Assembly: GCA_964510805.1 (NCBI GenBank)
Contig: CAZEDG010000002.1
Span: forward strand, 7,653-71,652
Direction: 5' to 3'
Origin: an uncultured Candidatus Saccharibacteria bacterium
GTDB lineage: Bacteria; Patescibacteriota; Minisyncoccia; Phycocordibacterales; UBA5272
DNA: 64,000 bases
Below, piece by piece: positions 47,817 to 58,314 of this stretch. A program made the position numbers and the translations under genes. Positions within the stretch are counted from its first letter, which is position 1; every line of letters starts with the position of its first letter. The notes under the pieces are model-generated. The model saw nothing but the letters and a program-made list of their open reading frames with translations. It did no database searches and was not told the DNA's origin.

Positions 47817-47920
47817 GTCGTACTCCTTGTATGTGAATTAACATCCCTATTCGGGTCTAAAAATAGACTACACTCCAAAACAAAAAACCGCAATATTGCG
47901 GTTTTTTGTTTTTGTGGTGA

Positions 47921-48334
47921 TTACACCACCTTGATTCCGATTGAACGAGCTGTTCCTTCGATAATCTTCATTCCTTGCTCTACAGTGTGAGCAGAAAGAT
48001 CTTTAAGCTTAAGGGTAGCGATCTCTCGAACCTTATCCTTAGAAAGGGTTCCAGCTTGCCCTCGTGAGTTACCTTTTGCTACGTTCGCTGCTTTCATCAC
48101 AAGTGATGTTGCGGTAGGAGTCTTGATAACGAAATCATAGGTACGATCTTCGTATACATAAATCTTAACAGAAAGACGCCCCTGCTGACCCTGAGTTGCT
48201 GCGTTAAACTTGTTAACGAAGTCACCGATCTGAACACCAGCTTGACCAAGTGCTGGACCAAGTGGTGGAGCAGGAGTAGCTTTACCTGCTTCGATCTGAA
48301 CCTTTACATATTTTGTAATTTTTTTAGCTGCCAT
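47921..48334 (-). CDS. rplK: 50S ribosomal protein L11
   Basis: AGKATPAPPLGPALGQ...GTARSIG. Confidence 0.97.
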   Translation of the reverse strand: MAAKKITKYVKVQIEAGKATPAPPLGPALGQAGVQIGDFVNKFNAATQGQQGRLSVKIYVYEDRTYDFVIKTPTATSLVMKAANVAKGNSRGQAGTLSKDKVREIATLKLKDLSAHTVEQGMKIIEGTARSIGIKVV

Positions 48335-48405
48335 ATACGTTTTTTTAAAGTTTGCTTATTCTAACACGGTTTTTATTGAATTTCAAGATTTCCTAAAGAA
48401 GTTTA

Positions 48406-48532
48406 TAAAAAGTTAAAAATTGCTTTAGCTACGCGAAGCTTAGAAATTTTTCGAAGACGGTATAGTAGACCTCGGAGCGACAGAGAAAAATTTCGTAGCG
48501 ACAAAGTAGATGAAGTAGTTTTTAGCTTTTTA
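48406..48532. repeat. About 125-bp imperfect palindromic element overlapping the nusG stop codon
   Basis: TAAAAAGTTAAAAATTGCTTT...GAAGTAGTTTTTAGCTTTTTA; internal GAAATTTTTC/GAAAAATTTC. Confidence 0.65.
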
Positions 48533-49075
48533 GATTTTCTTAATTTGAAGGAAATCTAGCTCTACCGGAGTCTCACGACCAAACATATTCACAAGAACCT
48601 TGAGCTTGCCTCGCGCTTTATCAACCTCAGAAACCTTCCCTTCAAAGTCCTTGAATGGTCCATCGATGATACCGACGAGCTCACCTACATCAATAGTAAT
48701 TTCGTGTTCAACTTCTCCGGTGTTCATACGACTGAAGAGAAAATCAATTTCCTTCTGAGAAAGAGGAACAGGTGTTGTTCCTGCGCCAACGAAACCTGTC
48801 ACTCGAGGAGTATTACGAACAACGTACCAACTATTATCATCTACAATCATATCCACAAGGACATATCCTGGATAGATTTTTTCCTCAACTTCTACACGCT
48901 TAGTTCCTTTTACTTTGATCTTCTTCTCAAGAGGAACGACGACACTAAAAATCTTGTCTTGCATTCCAAGAGACTCGATGCGTTGCTTTAAGTTACGCAT
49001 AACCGCATTCTCATAACCACTGTACGTGTGAATTGCATACCAATGACGCTCCCCTGTAAATTCTTGTTTAGCCAT
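48530..49075 (-). CDS. nusG: Transcription factor NusG
   Basis: WYAIHTYSGYE, YPGYVLV, VRNTPRVTGFVG, MFGRETPVEL. Confidence 0.98.
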   Translation of the reverse strand: MAKQEFTGERHWYAIHTYSGYENAVMRNLKQRIESLGMQDKIFSVVVPLEKKIKVKGTKRVEVEEKIYPGYVLVDMIVDDNSWYVVRNTPRVTGFVGAGTTPVPLSQKEIDFLFSRMNTGEVEHEITIDVGELVGIIDGPFKDFEGKVSEVDKARGKLKVLVNMFGRETPVELDFLQIKKI

Positions 49076-49121
49076 ATATTTTAGATACTAGTTAACAATA
49101 TAATAATAGTAAAAGAGACAC

Positions 49122-49304
49122 CTAGCGAGCAATAACCTTTGCAAGGAGTTCACGAAGACCAAGATCAATTCCAGAAAGCATAAGTGCAACAGCAACAGAA
49201 ATGACAATTACAAGCATCGCAAACATTGTTGTTGTAGAAAAGGTTGGGAAGGTTACCTCCTTGAGTTCACTTTTGGTTTCTTTTAAGTATTGGAGAAGTT
49301 TCAT
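49122..49304 (-). CDS. secE: Protein translocase subunit SecE
   Basis: ELKEVTFP plus one TM; upstream of nusG. Confidence 0.9.
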   Translation of the reverse strand: MKLLQYLKETKSELKEVTFPTFSTTTMFAMLVIVISVAVALMLSGIDLGLRELLAKVIAR

Positions 49305-49542
49305 AATAAGTAGTTATAACTATGGGTAGAGTATACCGTAATACTCGCTAATTCTAAAAAACGCCCTCCAAGAAGGAGTAGCATTCGTATGCATATACGA
49401 TACCATAGAACAAGATTTTTTGCAAATCACCTTATTTTATAAGGACTATTTTTTTGTATTAGACCGGACTATTAAAGGGTGCACTGCCTAAACAAAAAGA
49501 AAAGAAGGCGTATGCCTTCTTTTCTTGTGATCGTTACAAAAT

Positions 49543-50325
49543 CTACTTAATCGTGTACGTAATAGTCACATGTGACTTGATTACGTTTTCTCCTTGCGGA
49601 AGAGACACTTTTGATTCCGCTACTCCACCTACTGACATTGCGTCAGCTCTTGCATACATCATAGGATAGTACCCTCCATTATCCTCACTAAAGGAAAGCA
49701 CGGTTCCTAGAGATACACCAAGTGCATCAGCTTGAACCTTAGCCTTTTCTTTTGCGTCAGCAATTGCGAGTGCTTTTGCGTTTTCTTTTACCTTATCCAT
49801 ATCATCCACAGTAAAGTTAGGTCCGCTAATATCGGTGATGTTAACTTTACCAAGAATTCCAAAAACTTCCCCTGCTTGGTCAACTTTTCTTACCTTAACA
49901 CTCACTGACTGTCGCACCTCATAACCATTCACTACTGAAGTCTGTGGAGGGCATGCGTATGCAGTACATACACCCGTCATCTTGGTCTCATAGTGAGGAT
50001 TCACGGTATAGGAAAGGGTCTTTACATCTTTCTTGTCGACACCAAGAGTAGAAAGATCTTTGAGTGCTTGAGCAACCTTCGCTTCAGCAAGCTTCTGAGC
50101 TTCTGGGACAGTCTTAGCATTCTCGTTTACCGTGAAAGTTACCTCTGCAATATCCGGCACTGCAGTTACCTCACCGTCACCCTGCACAGAAATAGAAGCA
50201 ATCTGACCACTTGGATGATTCACCGCATCAAGGTTCTGAATTCCAAATGCAAGAGAAGCAAAGGCAAGCGCAACAAGAGCAGTAGTGCCTGCCATCCAAG
50301 TATATTTTTTATAGTTATTTTCCAT
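49543..50325 (-). CDS. SIMPL/DUF541 domain protein
   Basis: ISVQGDGEVTAVPDIA...AIADAKEKA...A.ALG. Confidence 0.9.
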   Translation of the reverse strand: MENNYKKYTWMAGTTALVALAFASLAFGIQNLDAVNHPSGQIASISVQGDGEVTAVPDIAEVTFTVNENAKTVPEAQKLAEAKVAQALKDLSTLGVDKKDVKTLSYTVNPHYETKMTGVCTAYACPPQTSVVNGYEVRQSVSVKVRKVDQAGEVFGILGKVNITDISGPNFTVDDMDKVKENAKALAIADAKEKAKVQADALGVSLGTVLSFSEDNGGYYPMMYARADAMSVGGVAESKVSLPQGENVIKSHVTITYTIK

Positions 50326-50379
50326 AGTTACTAGTTTTTGTTAGGGAATCTGTACGCGTACAGATTCTTTATAATTCGT

Positions 50380-51579
50380 TTATAATCGGCCGTTACTGTA
50401 CATATAGCCAAGTATTAGCAGTATAGCAACTAGCATAACGCCTGCCAACATAACAAGCGACTCATCTCCTTTTGTCATTGGGACCGCTTCAGCAACAATC
50501 TCTTCTTCATGAGGAGTTACAGGGAGTGCTTGAGCAATAGTATTCTTAGGAGAAGGTTGCACAGGGCTCACCTGCTTTTCTTTTTCTTGGGAACTGTTAT
50601 TTTTTTCTTCTCCATGAAAAACTTTTTTATATTTTCCAAAAGACCACACATGTGGCGACGACTCAAAAGGAAGAAGTGGTAGATCAAGAGGAGGTTCTAC
50701 TTCTTTTGGTTTTTTTGAAGAAGGCTCCGATGTAACGAGAGATTCTTTTGAGTCATGTTTTTCTGGGCTAACCTTAAGCACCGAACTCTGAGCAAACACA
50801 TCAGTTCTGTGTACAGCAAATTCTTCTGTGTTTTTACCTTCATTTGGCAAGCGTTCTACCGGAGGAAGAATTTTTACAGGCTCTTGTTTTACTTCTTTCT
50901 TTTCAACAAGAACAGGCTTTGCTTCTTGTTTTTGTTGTATTGTGCTATTTTCTTGTAAGGATTCTTTTTGTATCTCCTTTTGTGCAACAGTTTCTTCTTT
51001 TGGTTTCTGATCCAAAGAAGAAGTGATACTTTTTTCTTCTTTTTTCTTTATTTCTTCTGGTTGAGTAAAAGAAATATCTTTAACGAGATCAAAAGAAGGA
51101 AGCTTTATTGCTAAAGAAGGATCTTTTTTAGGAGTATCTTCTTTAACTTCTTTAGGAATATCATTAACAAATGTAACTTCTGGAAGAGAAAAAGAAGTTT
51201 GCAAAAATCCCTCTTTTTTTGTTTCTACGGTATCAGTACTTTTTTGTTCTAAGCCTGGTTTCTGTTTAGGTATATCCTCGCGCACGACTTTATTTTCTGG
51301 TTCTGTTATTTTTGGAAGATTCTTTTCTTCTGCACCATCTTTTTGATAGTACACAATTGGACCAGAAGACGCAGTCTGTTGTTCTCTTGCTTTTTTTTCT
51401 TGAACCAACTGAAAAAGTGAGCCATCCTTTTCTTTTTGCTTAAAAAGAACTACAGCATCCTTGATTGCTTTATCTTCCCATCCAGAAGCATCAAGTAAAG
51501 TCTCTAAAAGATTTACCGTAAGAGGGTCATGACGAACAGCAAGTTCTTCTACGATGGTTTGTATTTCGGTAAGGGTCAT
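50380..51579 (-). CDS. Hypothetical low-complexity protein with a C-terminal TM
   Basis: E/K/P-rich linker; C-terminal hydrophobic helix. Confidence 0.7.
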   Translation of the reverse strand: MTLTEIQTIVEELAVRHDPLTVNLLETLLDASGWEDKAIKDAVVLFKQKEKDGSLFQLVQEKKAREQQTASSGPIVYYQKDGAEEKNLPKITEPENKVVREDIPKQKPGLEQKSTDTVETKKEGFLQTSFSLPEVTFVNDIPKEVKEDTPKKDPSLAIKLPSFDLVKDISFTQPEEIKKKEEKSITSSLDQKPKEETVAQKEIQKESLQENSTIQQKQEAKPVLVEKKEVKQEPVKILPPVERLPNEGKNTEEFAVHRTDVFAQSSVLKVSPEKHDSKESLVTSEPSSKKPKEVEPPLDLPLLPFESSPHVWSFGKYKKVFHGEEKNNSSQEKEKQVSPVQPSPKNTIAQALPVTPHEEEIVAEAVPMTKGDESLVMLAGVMLVAILLILGYMYSNGRL

Positions 51580-51640
51580 AACAAGTAAGGTAACCCTCTA
51601 TCGTGACCACCTAAGAACACACAGTGAGGGTCAGTGGTGA

Positions 51641-53698
51641 TTATTTTTTCTTTGTAGGTGCCTTCTTGGTAGAATCTGTCGTCGTTACAGGTTGTGCCGT
51701 ACTACTCACAGGTGCAAGCGAAGCCATGAATTTTTCAAGATCTGCATTGCCTGGATTTCTCTTAAGAAGTTCATCTGCAAGTGGTTTAGCGAGATCCCCT
51801 CTACCACCATCACGAAGTGAAAGTGCTAAGAAATATGCAATATTTGCATTATTAGGATCTTTTTCGAGTGCAGTCTTAAGGGCAAGTACAGCATCAACAT
51901 AGTCACGCTTACCGTAGAAGAGAAGTCCTGCTTGAGTGTAAACCGCTGGGTCATTAGGTGCGCTTTGGATAGCTTGCACTGCATAAGTAATCGCTTCATC
52001 TATTTTGTTCTCAGAAGCTTCTAGCTGACTCATGAGATAGAGTGCATCAGCAAAATTCTGCTTCTTGCGAAGTGCTTCAGTAAGATTTTGACGAACTCCT
52101 TCTTTTGTTCCTGCAGAAGTTTCAAGACGAGCAAGCATGAGATAAATATAAGGATTATCTGGGAAAAGCTTCGCTGCTTCTTCGTAAGATTTCTTAGCAT
52201 TTGCAAATGCGCCATCCTTATCAAAAGGAACTGCAAGCTCGTAAGCTCTACCAAGCGTTACATAGTTCTGATAATTATCAGGATTAACTTTAACTGCTTC
52301 CTTACCTGCGTCTACCGCAATTTTTGCCTTTCTAAGGTACTCATTCTTAAACTGCTCCTGGTCTTGAGAAACAGATGCAACAAGTTTCTGATTATAGGTG
52401 ATCGCATACTCAACCAAAGTTCTATAAAATCCATCGTACTTATATGAGCGAGATGCTTCCTGTACGAGCTTTTCTGCTTGTGCGAGATCAGAAGAAGTCT
52501 GAGCTTGAGCAAAAAGAGAGAATGCATGTGCTTTGACCACAGTACTTACACTGTTCACTATAAGCAAAAGTGCAACTGGAACAAAAAGATATGCAAGTTT
52601 TTTGCTTGGATGGAATTCATTGAGGCGAGCTTTTGCAACACCAAGACCTCCAATACACATCCAAAGAACAAGCATTCCATAAGAAAGAGGAACAACAAAT
52701 GAAATAACAGTAAGGTATGCAAGCGTAAGAAGAAGGACTGTTACAATAGTATGTTCTGATCCTTCTCTTTTTTCTCTAAAAGTAGTATAGGTACTAAGAA
52801 GTGAAGATAGGATAAGGAGAATAAAGCTTACTAGACCAACAATACCGATAGTTACAAACAATGTTGATACTGTACTCGAACCTTGGCTAAAATCAAAACC
52901 AAAGTAAGGTGAATTAATTACATCTGGTGTTCTATAGAGTTGCCATGCGCGAGAAAAGTTCCCTGCACCGATACCAAATATTGTATTATGCACAAGAACT
53001 TTTTTACCAACGATGAGCGAACCTTGGAAACTCGGCTTAATACCATCTTGTGATGCGAGTGCTACAAGAAGCGCGATAAGCACCATAGCAGAAGAAGCAA
53101 CAAAAAACTTCCACTTTTTTGCAATCCTTCCTTTCACTAAATAAAGAAAACATCCGACCGTAAAGATGCCAAGATATGAAGCAAAAGAAACTGAACTAGA
53201 AAAACCTCCAAACAAAGACTTAGCGAAGCCGAACAAACTTCCCCCTATCATAAGCGCTGTCACAAAAATAAAAGCACTTACCGAAAGAACTACCGCCATA
53301 ACCATTTTTAGTGTGTGGCGCAATTTTTCTGGAAGAGAACGAACAAGGTACATAATCGCAGGGAGTGCGAGAAGTGCTGCGCCAGAAAACATATTGAATC
53401 CATCACCAAAGAAAATAATTCCTGGATTCTTAGAAAAAAGCGCTGAGAGCCCCACAGAGATAGAAAAAGCAAAATACGCGAAGAATTCAAGACGAGACAC
53501 AGTATGCCATGTTCTTGTAAGAATCGCATTGATAACATAAGCAAGGAGTGCCACTCCAACGAGAACCATCATGATGATGTGATAGGTCGCCTCCCCTGTA
53601 AAACTAGTTTTTGGAATAAAAAGAAGCGGAGAACCTACAACGATGACTGCGGTTGTATACTGATACACTCTTGATAAGATGGTTGTTAAAAACTTCAT
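51641..53698 (-). CDS. Multi-TM protein (O-antigen-ligase-like) with C-terminal TPR repeats
   Basis: FGIGAGNF motif; TPR-like repeats in the C-terminal third. Confidence 0.8.
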   Translation of the reverse strand: MKFLTTILSRVYQYTTAVIVVGSPLLFIPKTSFTGEATYHIIMMVLVGVALLAYVINAILTRTWHTVSRLEFFAYFAFSISVGLSALFSKNPGIIFFGDGFNMFSGAALLALPAIMYLVRSLPEKLRHTLKMVMAVVLSVSAFIFVTALMIGGSLFGFAKSLFGGFSSSVSFASYLGIFTVGCFLYLVKGRIAKKWKFFVASSAMVLIALLVALASQDGIKPSFQGSLIVGKKVLVHNTIFGIGAGNFSRAWQLYRTPDVINSPYFGFDFSQGSSTVSTLFVTIGIVGLVSFILLILSSLLSTYTTFREKREGSEHTIVTVLLLTLAYLTVISFVVPLSYGMLVLWMCIGGLGVAKARLNEFHPSKKLAYLFVPVALLLIVNSVSTVVKAHAFSLFAQAQTSSDLAQAEKLVQEASRSYKYDGFYRTLVEYAITYNQKLVASVSQDQEQFKNEYLRKAKIAVDAGKEAVKVNPDNYQNYVTLGRAYELAVPFDKDGAFANAKKSYEEAAKLFPDNPYIYLMLARLETSAGTKEGVRQNLTEALRKKQNFADALYLMSQLEASENKIDEAITYAVQAIQSAPNDPAVYTQAGLLFYGKRDYVDAVLALKTALEKDPNNANIAYFLALSLRDGGRGDLAKPLADELLKRNPGNADLEKFMASLAPVSSTAQPVTTTDSTKKAPTKKK

Positions 53699-53829
53699 AG
53701 ATTAATTGCTTTTTCTAAAATTACTAATGATACTCGAAGTATAACGCTTTTTTTTACTATTTTAGAGAGCAGACTGTGGACATGATAAAGATAAAACAAG
53801 CACTGTTTCGCGATATACTAGTAGAATCT

Positions 53830-53988
53830 ATGGAAAACGCTTTACCACAAGAGGAATTACCCCACAAAAAAAACATATACCCGACACTGCGACATTTTAT
53901 CCTTATCATGTTTGTTCTTCTGTGTGTGTGCATCCTTTTACTTTTAATTCTTCAAAATGGAAGAATGGTCTACGAGCATGGCATCTAA
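53830..53988 (+). CDS. Small membrane protein
   Basis: ATG after TATACT; one TM; overlaps the next gene. Confidence 0.45.
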   Translation: MENALPQEELPHKKNIYPTLRHFILIMFVLLCVCILLLLILQNGRMVYEHGI

Positions 53989-55534
53989 TTTATTCAACAG
54001 AATCCCTCCTCTTTTTTCTGATCTAGCAAAAATCCTTGCCGGAGAAATTGATTGTTCCATCGAAACCCTTACTCGCTATAGCAGAGATGCTTCTTCGTAT
54101 CACATCCCTCCTCAAGCAGTTATCTATCCAAAGAACAGCACCGACATCAAGCATGTACTTGGACTTGCAAGGGAGTATGGTATTCCAGTAACTACTCGTG
54201 GTAGCGGTAGAAGTACAAGCGGTGGAAGCATAGGTGAAGGAATCATCCTCGACATGTCTCGCTATTTTACGTATATACGTGGAATTAATTTTATTGAGAA
54301 CACTATTTCTGTAGATGCAGGGGTTCCTGTTGGAGAACTCCTTGACCGTCTTAATGACATGCAAGTAGATATCCCCTACCTGCACGGTCTTAACAGGGCT
54401 TCAAGTATCGGTTCTGTTGTTGCCACTCGTCCAGTAAGCGCTTCTTCTTTTTTGTATGGAAGTATTCGCGAATGGGTCGAAGGCATGACTGTTGTTGTTG
54501 ATAACGGAGAAGAACATCACATACAAGACGGCATCACTCCAAGCGGAAGACTTCTTGGTATTTATCAGTCAGTGTTTCCTTTTATTACAAAAGAGAGTGC
54601 ACTTATTCGCGCAGGTAAGCCAAAAGTTCATGACGATCCGACAGGATACACTCTTTGGAGTAGCTCAATAGGACCAAGACAACTCTTAGATGAGCTCGTT
54701 GGATCAGAAGGCACGCTCGCTATTATTACTCAAATAACCCTTCGTCTTACACCTTACAAAGAACATAGTGCGGTAACATGCATCCCTATCGCACACGAAA
54801 AAGAAATTCCTGCTTATGTCGCCATTGCAAAACATCACACTTGTGAACAAGTATTTCTTTTTGATGAAACAACTCTCACCCTAGCAAGAAGGGAGCTTCC
54901 TCACCTTGTACCTACCTACAAAAACGCACCTTACACGCTTCTTGTGACACATAAAGCAAAAGACTCTAAGACATTACACAAGCTTATCTCTTCATTTAAA
55001 AAAGCATGCTCTTTCCCTTATGATCTCTACACAATAGAACAACGAGAATATGTAGACAAGTTCACAAGCGAAACCTACCTTGATCATCTGTATCATAATT
55101 ATTCAAATGGAGCACTTCGAGCAAGTACGCTCACTCGTGGCATTATTGTTCCATTACATCTTGTACCGCTCTTTATAGAAGAAGCTACCCACTACCTCAA
55201 CAGAACAGGATATATGTACTCTTGCACCGGATACATTGGTTCAGGAAATGTCATGATTACAATACTCTTCGATCCACTCTCAAAAAAATATGACACTGAT
55301 AGTTACATTCTCGCCAAGGAACTCTTTTTAATTGCAAAAAAATACCACGGAGGAATAAGTGCCGTCTCTGGTGAAGGCATAGAAAAAACACCTTTCTTAC
55401 CTTGTATATATACAAAAGATACGCTCGCACTTTTTAGATCAATAAAAGCAATGTGGGACCCTCTTCATATCCTCAACCCAGGAAAAAAAACAGGGACACA
55501 GGTGGACTATTTACAAAAACATCTACAATACTAA
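53978..55534 (+). CDS. FAD-linked oxidoreductase (GlcD/Dld-like)
   Basis: YSRDAS, RGSGRSTSGG, GSEGTL, DPLHILNPGK. Confidence 0.88.
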   Translation: MASNLFNRIPPLFSDLAKILAGEIDCSIETLTRYSRDASSYHIPPQAVIYPKNSTDIKHVLGLAREYGIPVTTRGSGRSTSGGSIGEGIILDMSRYFTYIRGINFIENTISVDAGVPVGELLDRLNDMQVDIPYLHGLNRASSIGSVVATRPVSASSFLYGSIREWVEGMTVVVDNGEEHHIQDGITPSGRLLGIYQSVFPFITKESALIRAGKPKVHDDPTGYTLWSSSIGPRQLLDELVGSEGTLAIITQITLRLTPYKEHSAVTCIPIAHEKEIPAYVAIAKHHTCEQVFLFDETTLTLARRELPHLVPTYKNAPYTLLVTHKAKDSKTLHKLISSFKKACSFPYDLYTIEQREYVDKFTSETYLDHLYHNYSNGALRASTLTRGIIVPLHLVPLFIEEATHYLNRTGYMYSCTGYIGSGNVMITILFDPLSKKYDTDSYILAKELFLIAKKYHGGISAVSGEGIEKTPFLPCIYTKDTLALFRSIKAMWDPLHILNPGKKTGTQVDYLQKHLQY

Positions 55535-55554
55535 CCCTGTAGAGTCACAAAAAA

Positions 55555-55959
55555 CTACTTCTCGTCTTTAATAAGGTGCCTCACTTGATCCTTAGGGTCA
55601 TAGCTTTCGCGAACCACTTGTCGTGCCCAAATTCTAAATTCCTTTCCCCATTCTCCTTTTACCCTAAATCCGATCGCAATAATGACATCAGTGTTATACA
55701 CAAAAATTTTTCTCGCCACTTTCTTCTTACCTTCCTTTTGTGTCACCATAAGTTCCCTCTCTGACTCTATACGATTAAGCTCTTTCTCTTTATAAATTTT
55801 TTTCAAATGATCGTTAATCGTTGGGACTGATCTTCCGTAAATTCGAGCAATTCTTTTTTGTGTACTCCATACTTCATCATCAAAAACAAATACCCCCTCT
55901 TTTACAAGGTGTGGCTGGTTATCAATATGAATACGTGGAAGCGATGGATGAGAATTCAT
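55555..55959 (-). CDS. RhuM-family DNA-binding protein (short)
   Basis: VWSTQKRIA...INDHLKKIYKEKEL...YNTDVIIAIGFRV...FRIWA. Confidence 0.85.
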   Translation of the reverse strand: MNSHPSLPRIHIDNQPHLVKEGVFVFDDEVWSTQKRIARIYGRSVPTINDHLKKIYKEKELNRIESERELMVTQKEGKKKVARKIFVYNTDVIIAIGFRVKGEWGKEFRIWARQVVRESYDPKDQVRHLIKDEK

Positions 55960-55977
55960 ATAACGAAGTATACAGGA

Positions 55978-56631
55978 CTATGCGAGTTTTTTCACTGCCT
56001 TCTTTTCCTCAGGAACAAAAAAAGTATAGTCAAGATGGAAAAGCTTAAGAGAGATATGGTAAATACTATACGTGATAAAAAATGCCGAGAATACATCTAT
56101 CGAATAGTGTAAATGCGAGAGAAGCACTATGACACCGAAGACAACCGAAGAGGACAGAAACAGCGTTCTTACGTATACATGATCCCAGAAGATAAGTGCG
56201 ATAAGAAACGGTAATCCTGTATGCCCAGAAAAGAAAAGGTCATTACCTGAGGTAATGAAGTTAAGCATATTAGATTGTAGCTCAAGCTTAAGAGGAAATG
56301 GACCAATGTGGGTAAGCGACACGAATCCTGCACGTATAAGAATAAAAAGAGAGACAGTCTTAAGAAGAAAAGGTGCCATCATTCTAAAACGAAATGCGAG
56401 CACAACAACAAAAAGACAAAGTGCAATTGCTCCTTGGACAAAGATAAGTTCAAAATCAAAGACCGGGGTATTGCTCAGGATAATATCATCCACGTAATTA
56501 CTTGCACGAATCGTAGCGTACGCACTTGCAAAATGTGTAGCAAACACACTTGCAATAAAAAGAATCACCGCTTCAAGAAGTGAAGCATAGTAACGAAGAT
56601 GAGAAACTTTTTTAGGAAGAACTTTTGTCAT
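55978..56631 (-). CDS. PAP2/sphingomyelin-synthase-like membrane phosphotransferase
   Basis: DLFFSGHT and HYSIDV. Confidence 0.85.
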   Translation of the reverse strand: MTKVLPKKVSHLRYYASLLEAVILFIASVFATHFASAYATIRASNYVDDIILSNTPVFDFELIFVQGAIALCLFVVVLAFRFRMMAPFLLKTVSLFILIRAGFVSLTHIGPFPLKLELQSNMLNFITSGNDLFFSGHTGLPFLIALIFWDHVYVRTLFLSSSVVFGVIVLLSHLHYSIDVFSAFFITYSIYHISLKLFHLDYTFFVPEEKKAVKKLA

Positions 56632-56708
56632 TACGTATTTAACAAGCAGTATATCAGAATATTTTTATATACTCTTGTTAATAAAACCTTTTCTTTGAGA
56701 AGAGATTG

Positions 56709-57374
56709 CTAATCTTGTAACAAAAATCCGTAATGAGAAAGTGTTTTAATAAAAGAATGCTTACCGAGTTTCTTACGAAGATTGAACACATGATGATTAA
56801 GTGCGTATGACTTTTCTTTAATTGAAGGAGAAAGGTAGTGAGCAAGATGATCATTGGAGGTTGGTCGATTTTTGTTGAGAAATAAATGAAAAAGAATACT
56901 ATACTCTGTCTTTGTAAGATGTATCCTTTCTTTGTCACTTGTTACAACATGATCTTTGATATCAATAGTTACCCCTTGTGAACTTAGTATCGTAGAAGAA
57001 AAAAGAGTCTCATTACTTCTTTGCAAAAGCTTTGTGACCTTAAGTGTAAATTCATCCCAAGAAAAAGGACTCTGGACACAACCATCCACACCAGCATTGA
57101 TAAGTAATTCACGGTATGAAGACGAACATGCGTTACCACACACAAGAAAAAGTGGGACTTTGGAGTTACTTGCACGTAATGTTTCTACAAGAAGTGCATC
57201 ATCTTTACCTTCTCCTTCAAAAAGACGATCAATAAGAACAAGCGAAGAAGATTGAATAAGTGTCTTCGTAAGAAGCGCTCCTTCACAGACAGAAATCACT
57301 GCCGAAGGAAAAAGTTCTCTTAGGTGTGCATCAAGCGTGCTTTCTTTTTTTGTGCGAATACATACAATCTGCAT
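56709..57374 (-). CDS. Atypical OmpR-family response regulator (degenerate receiver)
   Basis: wHTH LTKTEYSIL...NLRKKL...GF; receiver lacks the N-terminal acidic pair and has QSPF in place of KPF. Confidence 0.8.
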   Translation of the reverse strand: MQIVCIRTKKESTLDAHLRELFPSAVISVCEGALLTKTLIQSSSLVLIDRLFEGEGKDDALLVETLRASNSKVPLFLVCGNACSSSYRELLINAGVDGCVQSPFSWDEFTLKVTKLLQRSNETLFSSTILSSQGVTIDIKDHVVTSDKERIHLTKTEYSILFHLFLNKNRPTSNDHLAHYLSPSIKEKSYALNHHVFNLRKKLGKHSFIKTLSHYGFLLQD

Positions 57375-57507
57375 ATACCAAGATACTACACAGGAAGCGC
57401 TCAAAAAATGCAGAGCAAAAGGTAATATTTTTATAAAATTAAGATAAAATTTTGTTTCCTTTTTGGCCCATTGTTTTTAAGGCTTTTTTGCGATATACTA
57501 TTGACTA

Positions 57508-58179
57508 ATGCGCGTATTAGTCGTTGAAGATGAAGAAGGGATTGCTAAGTTTTTAAAAGCGGGCATCGAGTCCGAGTATTTTGCTGTTGATGTTGCAGAA
57601 GATGGAGAACGTGGAGTATACCTCGCAAAAACGAATGACTATGACATTATTATCCTTGATTACATGCTTCCAAAAAAAGATGGAGCAGTGGTCTGCGAAG
57701 AAATCAGACGAGAAGGCAAAACAACCCCGATCATCATGCTTTCAGCTAGAGGAGAAATGACAACGAAAGTAGATCTCCTTAATAAAGGGGCTGACGACTA
57801 CATCACAAAACCTTTTTCTCTTGAAGAGCTTCTTGCGAGAATGCGAGCGCTTCTTAGAAGACCGTCTCAGGTAGCTTCGGATATTCTTTCTATTGATGAT
57901 CTTGTACTTGATACCAAGCGCCATATCGTAACAAGAAAAGATAAAGAAATTTACCTCACAAGAAAAGAGTTTATGCTTCTTGAGTTTCTTCTTCGTAATC
58001 AAGGCATCCCTGTTTCTCGAGGAAAAATCATAGACCATGTATGGGATATTAACGTAGACCCTTTTTCTAATACTATCGAATCTCATATTCTCAACTTACG
58101 CAAAAAAATTAATCTTCGTGGATGCAAAAATCTTATTCATACACTTCCTGGTGTTGGTTACAAGATCAGTCTTCAGTAA
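57508..58179 (+). CDS. OmpR-family response regulator
   Basis: VVEDE, ILDYMLP, GADDYITKPF, LTRKEF, GVGY. Confidence 0.96.
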   Translation: MRVLVVEDEEGIAKFLKAGIESEYFAVDVAEDGERGVYLAKTNDYDIIILDYMLPKKDGAVVCEEIRREGKTTPIIMLSARGEMTTKVDLLNKGADDYITKPFSLEELLARMRALLRRPSQVASDILSIDDLVLDTKRHIVTRKDKEIYLTRKEFMLLEFLLRNQGIPVSRGKIIDHVWDINVDPFSNTIESHILNLRKKINLRGCKNLIHTLPGVGYKISLQ

Positions 58180-58314
58180 TTTTTGTCTTTAGAAAAAATT
58201 TATTCCAAACTAGAACTTACGCTATTCTGTTTTTAATTAATACAAGAAAAGGTTTTATTACACTTTCTGGTGGACCTTAAATGGATCTTGATCATTCACA
58301 AAAGAGGTGTCGTA

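Noticed and set aside
46264-50367. Perfect 22-bp palindromes at 46264-46285 and 50346-50367 as recombination or operator sites
   Set aside because: Unrelated sequences at gene 3' ends next to A/T runs; most simply terminator hairpins.
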